Below, piece by piece: positions 47,468-56,952 of a stretch of DNA of 64,000 nt. Numbering within the stretch: the first letter of the stretch is position 1; the number at the start of each line of letters is the position of its first letter. A program made the position numbers and the translations under genes. The notes under the pieces are model-generated. The model was not told the DNA's origin. It did no database searches and worked only from the letters and a program-made list of their open reading frames with translations. The stretch is taken from IMG/VR virus record IMGVR_UViG_3300024324_000425, positions 1-64,000 of that record; one strand, given 5' to 3'. This DNA is from a virus.

Positions 47468-48400
47468 ATGAGAAATGATTTTTTATGGGTTGAGAAATAT
47501 CGCCCAGCCACTGTTGATGAATGTATTTTAGATAAGTCTTTAAAGACTACATTTAAACAAATAATCAAGAGTGGTGAGCTTCCAAACATGATGTTTACTG
47601 GTTCAGCTGGTATTGGTAAGACCACTGTAGCCAGAGCGCTTTGTAATGAAATGGGGCTTGATCATATAATCATTAACGGTTCGGAAGATGGAAACATCGA
47701 TACTCTTCGTGGTAAAATCAAACAGTTCGCTTCAACTGTTTCATTACAGGGAGGATATAAAGTAGTCATTTTAGATGAGGCTGATTACCTAAACCCCCAA
47801 TCTACTCAACCGGCTCTTCGTGGATTCATTGAAGAGTTCTCTAACAACTGTCGATTCATTCTAACTTGTAACTTCAAGAATAGAATTATTGAACCATTGC
47901 ACTCACGGTGTTCTGTGTATGAATTCAATACTGGTTCAAAGGCTATCATGGCCGGTCAATTCATGGAACGTCTTAAGACTATCTTAACAACTGAACATAT
48001 CAAGTTTGAAGATAGAGTTGTTGCTGAACTAATCATGAAACATATGCCTGACTGGAGGCGTGTCCTGAATGAATGTCAACGGTACAGTGTTGGTGGTACT
48101 ATTGATGCAGGCATTCTAGTGACATTATCAGAAACGTCTATTAAAGAACTTATGGTTGACCTTAAGAAAAAGAACTTTAAAGGTATGCGTAAATGGGTTG
48201 TGGATAACATTGATATGGAGAGTGCTAAGTTATTCAGAATGATATATGATAACATGCTAGAGTATGTTGATCCTTCTTATATACCTCAATTGGTTATGAC
48301 ACTTGCCGACTACTCATATAAAGATGCATTCGTTGCAGATCATGAATTGAATACTGTTGCTTGTCTCACCGAGATCATGTCACAAGGTCAATTTAAATGA
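47468..48400 (+). CDS. gp44: Clamp loader large subunit
   Basis: LWVEKYRP, GIGKTT, DEAD, PLHSRC. Confidence 0.95.
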   Translation: MRNDFLWVEKYRPATVDECILDKSLKTTFKQIIKSGELPNMMFTGSAGIGKTTVARALCNEMGLDHIIINGSEDGNIDTLRGKIKQFASTVSLQGGYKVVILDEADYLNPQSTQPALRGFIEEFSNNCRFILTCNFKNRIIEPLHSRCSVYEFNTGSKAIMAGQFMERLKTILTTEHIKFEDRVVAELIMKHMPDWRRVLNECQRYSVGGTIDAGILVTLSETSIKELMVDLKKKNFKGMRKWVVDNIDMESAKLFRMIYDNMLEYVDPSYIPQLVMTLADYSYKDAFVADHELNTVACLTEIMSQGQFK

Positions 48401-48810
48401 CACTAAATCATAACACCAATGCCTTAGATAAGAATCCGTTCTCTTATTTAAATGCTATTAATAAAAATGTATGGTATCATTTTAAAGATACTGTAATAGA
48501 TAACAAAGACTATCCGGCCTTTATGGTTAACCGCGGTCTTTCTTATTTTCCTGACACTGTGTTATACGCTAATGAGATGAATATGAAAGCACATGTCGAT
48601 GGACAATTGCAATTCGCGTTTTATATAAATATTATCAGGAAACGCAAACGTTTCTCGAAGTGGAATAAAGCTTCTGAGTCTGATGATATAAAATGTATTA
48701 AAGAATACTACGGGTATTCGAATGAAAAGGCCAGAGACGTTCTTCCGCTTTTAACTAATAATCAGTTGAAAATTATAAAGGAACGTATAGATCATGGTGG
48801 AACTAAATGA
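48397..48810 (+). CDS. gp62: Clamp loader small subunit
   Basis: YPAFMVNRGLS, ANEMN, YYGYSNEKA. Confidence 0.9.
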   Translation: MTLNHNTNALDKNPFSYLNAINKNVWYHFKDTVIDNKDYPAFMVNRGLSYFPDTVLYANEMNMKAHVDGQLQFAFYINIIRKRKRFSKWNKASESDDIKCIKEYYGYSNEKARDVLPLLTNNQLKIIKERIDHGGTK

Positions 48811-49204
48811 TGAGATAGCAAATTGGAATCCCGATATGATGTTGGAAGTGACACTAGCACAACCAGATGACTTCTTAAAAATAAGAGAGACCCTAACTAG
48901 AATGGGAGTTGCTTCAAAGAAGGACTCAAAATTATATCAGTCATGTCACATCCTTCATAAGCAAGGACGATATTTCATTACCCACTTTAAAGAGTTATTC
49001 TTACTAGATGGTAAGCCATCTAACCTAACAGAAAATGACATTGGTCGACGTAATACCATTGTTACCTTAATGTCTGATTGGGGTTTATTAGAAACAGTAG
49101 AGGTTATTGGTGCCACCGCCCCTCTTAACCAAATTAAAATTATTTCCCATAAGGATAAGTCCGAATGGGAATTATGCCCTAAGTACAACATAGGCATAAA
49201 ATAG
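48794..49204 (+). CDS. regA: Translational repressor RegA
   Basis: FLKIRETLTRMG, CHILHKQGRYFITHFKELF. Confidence 0.95.
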   Translation: MVELNDEIANWNPDMMLEVTLAQPDDFLKIRETLTRMGVASKKDSKLYQSCHILHKQGRYFITHFKELFLLDGKPSNLTENDIGRRNTIVTLMSDWGLLETVEVIGATAPLNQIKIISHKDKSEWELCPKYNIGIK

Positions 49205-49209
49205 AATTT

Positions 49210-49230
49210 AAGGCATGCTTCGGGTGCCTT
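49210..49230 (+). terminator. Hairpin after regA
   Basis: AAGGCAT-GCTTCGG-GTGCCTT; weak T-tract. Confidence 0.45.
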
Positions 49231-49289
49231 AATGTAGCAGTGATCCAAGAGGGTCACTATAATTAAAACTCGCTTAACAGGAGAAATGT

Positions 49290-49721
49290 ATGACAAACTA
49301 TCAAAGAGATCTATTCTTTGGATTCGACGACTTATTCAATTCGTTGAACAACCCTAAACAACAACAATCGTACCCGCCATATAATGTGGTAAAGAAAGAT
49401 GATAATCATTACTTGATTGAAATCGCAGTGGCTGGATTCAAATTAAATGAAATCGATGTGGTCTTAAAGAAGGGAATCTTAACCGTTACAGGTACTAAAG
49501 ATAAATTCGCAAATGGCGATGAATATATCCATAAGGGTATTTCAACGAGAGACTTTACAAGATCATTTACTTTAGCTGAGACTATTAAAGTGGTTGGTGC
49601 TGATATTGTTGATGGGGTGTTACTAATTGGATTAGAGAACACAACCCCAGAGGAAGACAAACCCCAAACTATTAAGTTAGGTGAATTCACCGCTAAAGCT
49701 AAAGAATTGCTTTTAGGCTAA
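49290..49721 (+). CDS. hsp20: Small heat-shock protein (Hsp20/IbpA-like)
   Basis: YPPYNV, IAVAGF, HKGIS.R.F.RSF.L. Confidence 0.92.
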   Translation: MTNYQRDLFFGFDDLFNSLNNPKQQQSYPPYNVVKKDDNHYLIEIAVAGFKLNEIDVVLKKGILTVTGTKDKFANGDEYIHKGISTRDFTRSFTLAETIKVVGADIVDGVLLIGLENTTPEEDKPQTIKLGEFTAKAKELLLG

Positions 49722-49730
49722 TAGTACATT

Positions 49731-49756
49731 ACAGTATACATTAAGCTGTATACTGT
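49731..49756. other. Inverted repeat ACAGTATACA-N6-TGTATACTGT
   Basis: Perfect 10-bp arms, intergenic. Confidence 0.55.
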
Positions 49757-49787
49757 ATACTATATTATACATAATGGAGAAACACTA

Positions 49788-50072
49788 ATGAGTGACCCAA
49801 AAATCGTAAGACTAGTAACAGGCGAAGAGCTTTTATGCAAGATAACAGACTCTAACGAAAACCATGTAACTATCGAAAACCCTCTAATTATTATCCCTAC
49901 AGCCGATGCCAAGATTCAGTTCTTGCCTTATATGGCCTATGCGGATTTTAAAACTCTGCCACTGAGAACACAGGATATCATGTTTGTGGTTAATCCTTCA
50001 TCTCGAATGGCTGATAAATTCTTAGAAGCTACTTCAGGTATTATAACAAATGATACAAAAATAGTTACATAA
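49788..50072 (+). CDS. Conserved T4-like hypothetical protein (Sm-like fold candidate)
   Basis: RLVTGEELLC...IENP...PY. Confidence 0.6.
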   Translation: MSDPKIVRLVTGEELLCKITDSNENHVTIENPLIIIPTADAKIQFLPYMAYADFKTLPLRTQDIMFVVNPSSRMADKFLEATSGIITNDTKIVT

Positions 50073-50076
50073 AAGG

Positions 50077-50105
50077 TGTACATTTGCTGTTAATTGTGTT
50101 ATAAT
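50077..50105 (+). promoter_or_regulatory. Early promoter (leaderless gp43)
   Basis: TGTACA-17-TATAAT; 6 nt separate it from ATG 50112. Confidence 0.8.
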
Positions 50106-50111
50106 AGATAC

Positions 50112-52619
50112 ATGATTAACAAAAAACTATATACTAACGCATATCGATATGGCAGTAAAATTCGCTATATCGGCTATGAAGACGGAAAGCGTGTCCAACG
50201 CGCTGTCCCTTTCAAACCTACTCTTTACGTAACATCACAAGATACTTCTTCTAAATGGAAATCTCTTGACGGGAGTAACATTGAACCTATCAACTTTAGT
50301 TCAATGAGAGAAGCTTCAGACTTTGTCAAGCAATATTCTGGAGTCGACAAGTTTAACATATATGGTAATACCAATTATGCTATTCAATATCTGAATCAAG
50401 AATTCCCTGGCCAGATCGAATGGGATCCTAAACATATCAACATAACCTCTATCGATATTGAAACAAAATTCGAAGACGGTTTCCCTCACCCTGATATAGC
50501 AGATCAAGAAGTGACTGCAATCACATGCAAGAATAACATTGATGATATCTATTATGTCTTTGGTTGTGGTGAATATGATGTTGAGAAGTCATATATGCAA
50601 ACCAACCAAGTGATATACACTAAATGTAATGATGAGAAAGAATTGCTTATGCGATATGTTATTCATATGCAAGATGTAGATATCATCACCGGTTGGAATG
50701 TACGTTTCTTTGATATACCATATCTTGTAAATAGAATTGCATCGGTATGTGGTGAAACTATAATGAAGAAGTTATCGCCTTGGGGTGATATTGCAGAACG
50801 AAAGATTGAAACCTTTGGTCATGCACGACAAACCTTTGAGTTAAAGGGTGTAACTATTCTTGACTATCTTGAAATATATAAGAAGTTTACGCATGTACCA
50901 AGAGAATCGTATAAACTAGATCATATTGCTCATGTTGAATTAGGTGAGAAGAAGTTATCCTATGAAGAGTTCGGTGATCTTAACATACTATATGCAAAGA
51001 ACTATCAAAAGTTTATTGACTATAATATTAAAGACGTTGAGTTGATCGATCGCCTTGAGGATAAGCTAGGTCTTATTACGCTTGCAATGACAATGGCATA
51101 CAAAGGTGGTGTTAACTATAACGATGTTATGGGTACTGTTGCTATTTGGGATTCAATTATTTATCGTGATCTAGACATGATCGGTATAGCTATTCCTCAA
51201 CCAAAATCTCATAAGAAAGAATCTTATCCGGGTGGATATGTTAAAGATCCTATAGTTGGCAAGCATGACTGGGTTGTATCGTTTGACTTGAACTCACTTT
51301 ATCCTTCGATCATTATGCAGTATAACATGAGTCCTGAAACTATCATTGTGGGTAAAGACTTGCAAGTGACAGTGGATAGTATATTAGATAATAAAGTTAA
51401 GAACTCAAGGCCTGATACGGCACTAGCCGCTAATGGTGTACGATTCGATACTTCTAAGCAAGGTGTACTCCCTCGTATTATTGAAGAGATGTACGAAGAG
51501 CGTGTATTAATTAAACAAAAAATGTTAAAAGCACAACAGGATTTAGAGAATTGTGATAAGTCAAATAAGACTGCAATTTATGAAGCTGAGAAAAGAATTG
51601 CTATTGCTAAGAATAATCAGTTAGCGATCAAGCTTCTTTTAAACTCGTTGTATGGTGCTATGGGTAATATATGGTTCAGATACTTTGATATACGTATTGC
51701 TACTGCCGTAACATTATCTGGACAAGCCACGATCAAATGGGCAGAGAAACATCTTAATGAATATTTAAACAAACTAATGGAGACAAATGGAAACACTGAT
51801 TATGTTATTGCTATTGACACTGATAGTGTTTACGTCAACCTGGGTCCTCTTGTACATAAGCTTAACCCTCCTAACCCTGTTGACTTCCTTGATCAAGTTT
51901 GTGGCGGTAAATTGGAGAATGTCCTTGTTAACGCTTATAATGATTTATACTCTAGGTTGGGTGGTATCACTAATAAAATGGTCATGGGTCGAGAAGTTAT
52001 TGCTGATCGAGGTATTTGGACAGCTAAGAAACGTTACATCTTAAATGTACATGATAACGAAGGTGTTCGATATACTAAGCCCAAGTTAAAGATTATGGGT
52101 ATTGAAGCTATTAAGAGTTCTACCCCTGAGATATGTCGTGATGAATTAAAGAGTTTATTCACGACGATTATGACTAAGGACGAAGAAAGTGTTCAAAAAC
52201 AAATTGCAGACTTTAAACAAGTATTCGTGTCAGCATCACCAGAGCAAGTAGCATTCCCTCGTGGTGTTAACGAGCTTGATAAATGGAAGGATAGCGAAAC
52301 TGTATATTCGAAAGGTACACCTATTCATGTTCGTGGTGCACTCCTTCATAACAATTTTATTACAGAGAATAGACTTAAACGTCGTGTGAATCTAATTACA
52401 CCAGGCGACAAGATTAAATTCACATATCTTAAGAAGCCTAATCCAATAAAGGAGAATGTAATCTCTTTCATTGATTATCTACCAAAGCAACTTAAGTTAG
52501 AATCATATATAGATTATGATATGCAATTTGATAAGACATATATGAGTGTGATAACACCGATTTTAGATTCGATCGGATGGAAAGCAGAACCAGAATTCAC
52601 TTTAGAAAACTTTTTTTAA
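50112..52619 (+). CDS. gp43: Family B DNA polymerase
   Basis: DIET exonuclease, SFDLNSLYPSII, KLLLNSLYG, DTDS. Confidence 0.97.
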   Translation: MINKKLYTNAYRYGSKIRYIGYEDGKRVQRAVPFKPTLYVTSQDTSSKWKSLDGSNIEPINFSSMREASDFVKQYSGVDKFNIYGNTNYAIQYLNQEFPGQIEWDPKHINITSIDIETKFEDGFPHPDIADQEVTAITCKNNIDDIYYVFGCGEYDVEKSYMQTNQVIYTKCNDEKELLMRYVIHMQDVDIITGWNVRFFDIPYLVNRIASVCGETIMKKLSPWGDIAERKIETFGHARQTFELKGVTILDYLEIYKKFTHVPRESYKLDHIAHVELGEKKLSYEEFGDLNILYAKNYQKFIDYNIKDVELIDRLEDKLGLITLAMTMAYKGGVNYNDVMGTVAIWDSIIYRDLDMIGIAIPQPKSHKKESYPGGYVKDPIVGKHDWVVSFDLNSLYPSIIMQYNMSPETIIVGKDLQVTVDSILDNKVKNSRPDTALAANGVRFDTSKQGVLPRIIEEMYEERVLIKQKMLKAQQDLENCDKSNKTAIYEAEKRIAIAKNNQLAIKLLLNSLYGAMGNIWFRYFDIRIATAVTLSGQATIKWAEKHLNEYLNKLMETNGNTDYVIAIDTDSVYVNLGPLVHKLNPPNPVDFLDQVCGGKLENVLVNAYNDLYSRLGGITNKMVMGREVIADRGIWTAKKRYILNVHDNEGVRYTKPKLKIMGIEAIKSSTPEICRDELKSLFTTIMTKDEESVQKQIADFKQVFVSASPEQVAFPRGVNELDKWKDSETVYSKGTPIHVRGALLHNNFITENRLKRRVNLITPGDKIKFTYLKKPNPIKENVISFIDYLPKQLKLESYIDYDMQFDKTYMSVITPILDSIGWKAEPEFTLENFF

Positions 52620-52622
52620 GGG

Positions 52623-52651
52623 TGTACTTTTACTGAGAACTATGGTATAAT
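52623..52651 (+). promoter_or_regulatory. Early promoter
   Basis: TGTACT-17-TATAAT. Confidence 0.8.
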
Positions 52652-52674
52652 AGATATATAACGGAGAAAATATA

Positions 52675-53082
52675 ATGAGTATAAATTGGCCACTAGACAT
52701 GCACAAGATGCATGACAAATATGGAATTAACACACTAGTAAAGGGGATGGATGTAAGTACACTATCATCGTTTATTAGATTTAGAGCTGAATGCGTCCAA
52801 GAAGAAGTGGATGAGTTTAAAGATGCTATTAAAGCAAATGATGCTGAGGAGATGGTAGATGCACTAATCGATATGTGTGTATTTGCTATTGGAACATTAG
52901 ACTTAATGGAAGTTGATGCTAACGAAGCATGGAATAAAGTTCTTAAAGCTAACATGGATAAGAGCGTTGGTATTAAAGAAGGAAGACCCAATCCTTTAGG
53001 ACTACCAGATCTTATTAAACCTGAAGACTGGACAGCGCCGGATCATTTAGGCAATCATGGTGGATTCATTTACGTAGTATAA
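52675..53082 (+). CDS. MazG/PRA-PH-like NTP pyrophosphohydrolase (candidate dCTPase/dUTPase)
   Basis: EEVDE...EMVDALID...V.KANM.K...KPEDWTAP. Confidence 0.75.
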   Translation: MSINWPLDMHKMHDKYGINTLVKGMDVSTLSSFIRFRAECVQEEVDEFKDAIKANDAEEMVDALIDMCVFAIGTLDLMEVDANEAWNKVLKANMDKSVGIKEGRPNPLGLPDLIKPEDWTAPDHLGNHGGFIYVV

Positions 53083-54011
53083 TGACCGAGTTAACTCTTT
53101 ACAAATCGATATACGATAATAAAACCCATAAGCGAATGAGCTTCGATTCATTTGCAAAGTTTGAAGACATGTTATATACACTGTCTAAGAAACCATTGCC
53201 CGACAAGCAATCAGCAATGTTAATGACACCTGCTATCTATTTACCTGACACGACCAGAGCAAATGATAACGTTGTATCGTGGGCTGGTTGGGCCGCGGTA
53301 GATGTTGATGTTGATGCTGAACAGATTTTAAAGGAGTTAACTAAAGAGTATTATTATGTATGTTATTCGACGGCATCGTCTACTAAAGAGAAACCTAAGT
53401 TTAGATTGGTATTCCCCTTAAGTAATGATGTTCCAGCTGATAAGATCAAACACTTTTGGTATGCTCTCAATAAAGAATTAAATGATATTGGTGATCCCCA
53501 AACAAAGGATCTATCGCGCATGTACTACATACCCGCTACGTACGCAGGCGCAGACAACTTCATCTTTACAAATAAAGGTGATGTAATGAACCCTAATGCT
53601 ATTATGCTAAAGCACGATTATGTAGAGAAGACCGGTGGCAGCTTCATAGATAAGTTACCACCTGCGATCAGGGAACAAATGTTAGCACATCGTAGGAGCG
53701 TACTAACAAACACAAACATACACTGGACAAGTTATCATGATTGCCCATTTGTAAATAAAAAACTGGTAAATGAATATAGACTTATCAGTGAAACTGGATG
53801 GTATTCTAAGATGTATGGCATTATGCTAAACATTGCCGGGAATGCACTTCGCAAAAAATATCCAATAACGGCGTTGGAGATAACAACACTATGTAAGGAG
53901 ATCGACAATGAGACAGGACAATGGTACAAAAATCGAGCATTTGTCAAAGAAGCTGAACGGGCTATTGAGTATGCCACAGCAGACAGTCCCGCTAGCGTTT
54001 ATTCATTTTAG
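53082..54011 (+). CDS. Primase-polymerase (AEP)-like protein
   Basis: DVD, YSTAS...KFRLVFPL, D...KDLSRMYY. Confidence 0.65.
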   Translation: MTELTLYKSIYDNKTHKRMSFDSFAKFEDMLYTLSKKPLPDKQSAMLMTPAIYLPDTTRANDNVVSWAGWAAVDVDVDAEQILKELTKEYYYVCYSTASSTKEKPKFRLVFPLSNDVPADKIKHFWYALNKELNDIGDPQTKDLSRMYYIPATYAGADNFIFTNKGDVMNPNAIMLKHDYVEKTGGSFIDKLPPAIREQMLAHRRSVLTNTNIHWTSYHDCPFVNKKLVNEYRLISETGWYSKMYGIMLNIAGNALRKKYPITALEITTLCKEIDNETGQWYKNRAFVKEAERAIEYATADSPASVYSF

Positions 54012-54450
54012 AAATAGAGAATGGGCAAAGGGAACATATAAGAATGAACTGGGAATGGATTCACTATTCCTTGAATGGTTATTACTTAAGCATGACCAGA
54101 TTGAAGATGCTACAAGCTTAGGTCAAGGCTGGGAAAGTGATGGGATATTAGATGGATTTAAATTAGATTTTAAAGAAATTCAAAATCAGCATAGAACCTT
54201 TGGCATTCATACAAAAGAGAAATTTGATCAATACAAAAACAATTATGATAATGAATTGCTAGACCTCGTAGTGTTTTACTCAACACGCCGTAATTATAAA
54301 AATCCTAGATTATTAAAGGCTGGTGATAACGTTAAATTTTATTACCGAGGTCTTATTGATGTACAGGATATGCTTAATGAATCTAAGCCTAGTCAATACC
54401 CTAGGGGTTATAAATTCATTTCTTTAAACAATCAATTAATCACTAAATAG
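53971..54450 (+). CDS. Hypothetical protein, possible PD-(D/E)xK nuclease
   Basis: E...SDGILDGFKLDFK; start uncertain. Confidence 0.4.
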   Translation: MPQQTVPLAFIHFRNREWAKGTYKNELGMDSLFLEWLLLKHDQIEDATSLGQGWESDGILDGFKLDFKEIQNQHRTFGIHTKEKFDQYKNNYDNELLDLVVFYSTRRNYKNPRLLKAGDNVKFYYRGLIDVQDMLNESKPSQYPRGYKFISLNNQLITK

Positions 54451-54453
54451 CTA

Positions 54454-54482
54454 TGTACTTTTACCGAGAACTATGGTATAAT
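54454..54482 (+). promoter_or_regulatory. Early promoter
   Basis: TGTACT-17-TATAAT. Confidence 0.8.
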
Positions 54483-54504
54483 AGATCTATAGACAGGAGT
54501 AAAA

Positions 54505-54813
54505 ATGAAATTAGATAATGGTAAACCAAACATAGCACTTATCCCGCCAGAAGTGTTATTACAAATGGCTGAAGTCTTTGGCTTTGGTGCAGAGAAATAT
54601 GGTATGAACGATTGGCGGAAAGATTATAGTGAATGGTCAAGAACATATTCATCTATTCAACGACACCTCAATGCATTTTGGATGGGAGAAGATCTTGATC
54701 CTGAATCAGGCAAACCCCACTTAACACATGCATTAACACAAATGGCAATACTATTAATGTATTACCATGAACATAAAGATATGGATGACAGATATAAAGG
54801 AGAAGAAAAATAA
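54505..54813 (+). CDS. dATP/dGTP diphosphohydrolase-like (DUF5664)
   Basis: K.D.GKP...LIP...FGAEKYG...W...RHL...GEDLDPESG.PHL.HA. Confidence 0.8.
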   Translation: MKLDNGKPNIALIPPEVLLQMAEVFGFGAEKYGMNDWRKDYSEWSRTYSSIQRHLNAFWMGEDLDPESGKPHLTHALTQMAILLMYYHEHKDMDDRYKGEEK

Positions 54814-55097
54814 TGTTTGTAGTACAAAATATAAAGTTTCCAACAGTCTATACACATGTAGACAGCACACAAAAGATTGCTATTTATCATAATAATAAAG
54901 ATGGCAAATACACCACCCGGTTTTATGTTAACAATTATCAACCTAAAGATAAGCGATATCCACAACGAAGCTTCGGCAAGTCTTTCAAAACAATGGGTGA
55001 ATCTTTAGATTTTGGTGAAAAGATATGTAGTCACTTATCTAAATTTGACGCGAATGATGAACGTGCACTTAAACGAATTTATGAGGAAACAAAATGA
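54813..55097 (+). CDS. Hypothetical protein
   Basis: Coupled ORF, 94 aa. Confidence 0.6.
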   Translation: MFVVQNIKFPTVYTHVDSTQKIAIYHNNKDGKYTTRFYVNNYQPKDKRYPQRSFGKSFKTMGESLDFGEKICSHLSKFDANDERALKRIYEETK

Positions 55098-55780
55098 AGA
55101 AAATGAACGTAAGTGATATAAGAGAACATTTCAAACAGGCCTTAGCTAAAGAGGAATTCACCATTGATAAGACTGGAGCTAAGACTATTGAATTAATCGG
55201 AGCTTCTTTTATTGCTGATGAGAATGCTATCTTCGGCAAACCAGTTGATGGTTATATTGCTAAAGAGATTGAATGGTATGAGAGTATGTCAACTAATATC
55301 AATGACATTTATGGTGACGAACGTGATGCTCCTGCAGCTTGGAAATATGCTGCGGATAAGCATGGCAATATCAATTCAAACTATGGTAAGTTAATATTCT
55401 CTAAAGAATATCATAACCAATATTTTAATGTTAGAAATGAATTAGTTAACAACCCTGATGGACGAAGAGCTGAAATGGTTTACAATCGCCCATCGGTTTG
55501 GACCGAATTTGATAAAGGTGGTATGTCAGACTTCATCTGTACTAATGCAGTTACATATTATATCAGAAACAAGCAAATCCACTGTGTTGTTCAAATGAGA
55601 TCTAATGATGTAGTCTTTGGATATAAGAATGATTACGCTTGGCAAAAGTATGTATTAGACTCTTTAGTTAAATACATTAACTTACATGAAGATCATCCGG
55701 ACGAGTTATCAACTGGTGATATCCATTGGCAAGTACAGAATCTCCACGTATATGAAAAACATTTTGATTTGGTGGTATAA
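55094..55780 (+). CDS. gp42: dCMP hydroxymethylase-like (thymidylate synthase fold)
   Basis: NSNYG, DFICTN, MRSNDVVFGYKNDYAW (Asp specificity residue for cytosine), NLHVYE. Confidence 0.85.
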   Translation: MKKMNVSDIREHFKQALAKEEFTIDKTGAKTIELIGASFIADENAIFGKPVDGYIAKEIEWYESMSTNINDIYGDERDAPAAWKYAADKHGNINSNYGKLIFSKEYHNQYFNVRNELVNNPDGRRAEMVYNRPSVWTEFDKGGMSDFICTNAVTYYIRNKQIHCVVQMRSNDVVFGYKNDYAWQKYVLDSLVKYINLHEDHPDELSTGDIHWQVQNLHVYEKHFDLVV

Positions 55781-56952
55781 TGAAAAAGATAATACATTTA
55801 ATGGGAAGAGGTATTGAAGGATGTGGTGTAACAAAGTTCACGATTGAATTTGATAATTGGTTAAACAATAATGGGTATGATTCACAGATCATAGCACTCA
55901 CCGACAAAAAGTGGAGTCGCAACAAGTCACATGTATTCAATGTTTCTGAAGTTAAATTCAAAAAGGATGATGAAGCTGCAGTAGTACTGAATCGTTGCAA
56001 TGATGCCGATCTTGTTATTATTGAATCACTTCCATCTATAGCACATGATGAAAATGCAATCCTGAACTTTAAACGAGTTATTAATAGTACTACCACTGAT
56101 ATTATGTTAATACAACATGATCATTCAGCATTGTCTATTAGACGTAACGCTTGTCAGGAAGATGCTATCGACGCTTCTAAATATATTTACGCTCATGCAT
56201 TAAGCAATGACTTTGCTAAGATCGTAGATGAATATACTAATACGTTGTGGAGTGACTCTAAAGAAGTAAGAACATTCCAACCTGCGATGGACTTTGATTT
56301 GGTGCGTGCTAAGTATTGGAAAGATATTGAAGAACAAGATCCACTTCACCATAAATGGATTGGTAGAACTACATCTTGGAAAGGATACAAAGAGATGTTT
56401 AAGTTTACAGAGTTACTTAAGAAAGAAGGTCATTTAGTTACTATGGAAGGCATTGAAAGATCACCTGCATTTATTGACTTTAAGAATTTAGGTGAGTTTC
56501 ATTCACATGTAGCAGAAAATATTGAAGACATTGATTTAAAATATGGCTCAGATGCTTATGTATTTGGTCCTTATATCAATGATGACTTGTTACATCGTAT
56601 GTCAAGAGTAGGTTTTGGTTATCAATTGTCTAGAATGAAAGAGAAATATATCTATCGTTCTATTGAATATACACATTGTGAGGTTGTATGTACCGGAACT
56701 ATTCCAGTGTTTAACGCTGAGTACGGTAGATTAGTCACCCATAGATCTACTGATAACCGCATGATTAATGACAAGAACACCGGAACAATCTGGTTTGATC
56801 AACATAATATGGATGAATCACTAGCGTTAATAAATAAACTAGCCAGTGATAATGTAATGAGAAATGAGTGGAGAGAAATGGCCTTTGAATATTACAAAGA
56901 TCACCAAGACTCAAATAATGTATTTAAGGAGATTATGAATGAAGTATGCTAG
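55780..56952 (+). CDS. agt: DNA alpha-glucosyltransferase-like
   Basis: GRGIEGCGVTKF matches the T4 alpha-gt N-terminus; HDH, WIGR...WKG, EYTHCE. Confidence 0.8.
   Translation: MKKIIHLMGRGIEGCGVTKFTIEFDNWLNNNGYDSQIIALTDKKWSRNKSHVFNVSEVKFKKDDEAAVVLNRCNDADLVIIESLPSIAHDENAILNFKRVINSTTTDIMLIQHDHSALSIRRNACQEDAIDASKYIYAHALSNDFAKIVDEYTNTLWSDSKEVRTFQPAMDFDLVRAKYWKDIEEQDPLHHKWIGRTTSWKGYKEMFKFTELLKKEGHLVTMEGIERSPAFIDFKNLGEFHSHVAENIEDIDLKYGSDAYVFGPYINDDLLHRMSRVGFGYQLSRMKEKYIYRSIEYTHCEVVCTGTIPVFNAEYGRLVTHRSTDNRMINDKNTGTIWFDQHNMDESLALINKLASDNVMRNEWREMAFEYYKDHQDSNNVFKEIMNEVC

Noticed and set aside
4156-48631. Intragenic TATAAATA hits (4156, 5327, 45660, 48624)
   Set aside because: Several matches are expected by chance in DNA this AT-rich; 4156 and 5327 could be real internal island promoters but cannot be supported from sequence alone
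14297-53970. Longer upstream starts in the ORF track (14297, 23965, 31611, 34009, 35308, 50094, 53908)
   Set aside because: Homolog N-termini and RBS or promoter positions favour the downstream ATGs
54505-54813. 2-aminoadenine (Z) genome implied by the DUF5664-like gene
   Set aside because: No purZ or datZ is visible in the window, and the neighbouring genes point to cytosine modification
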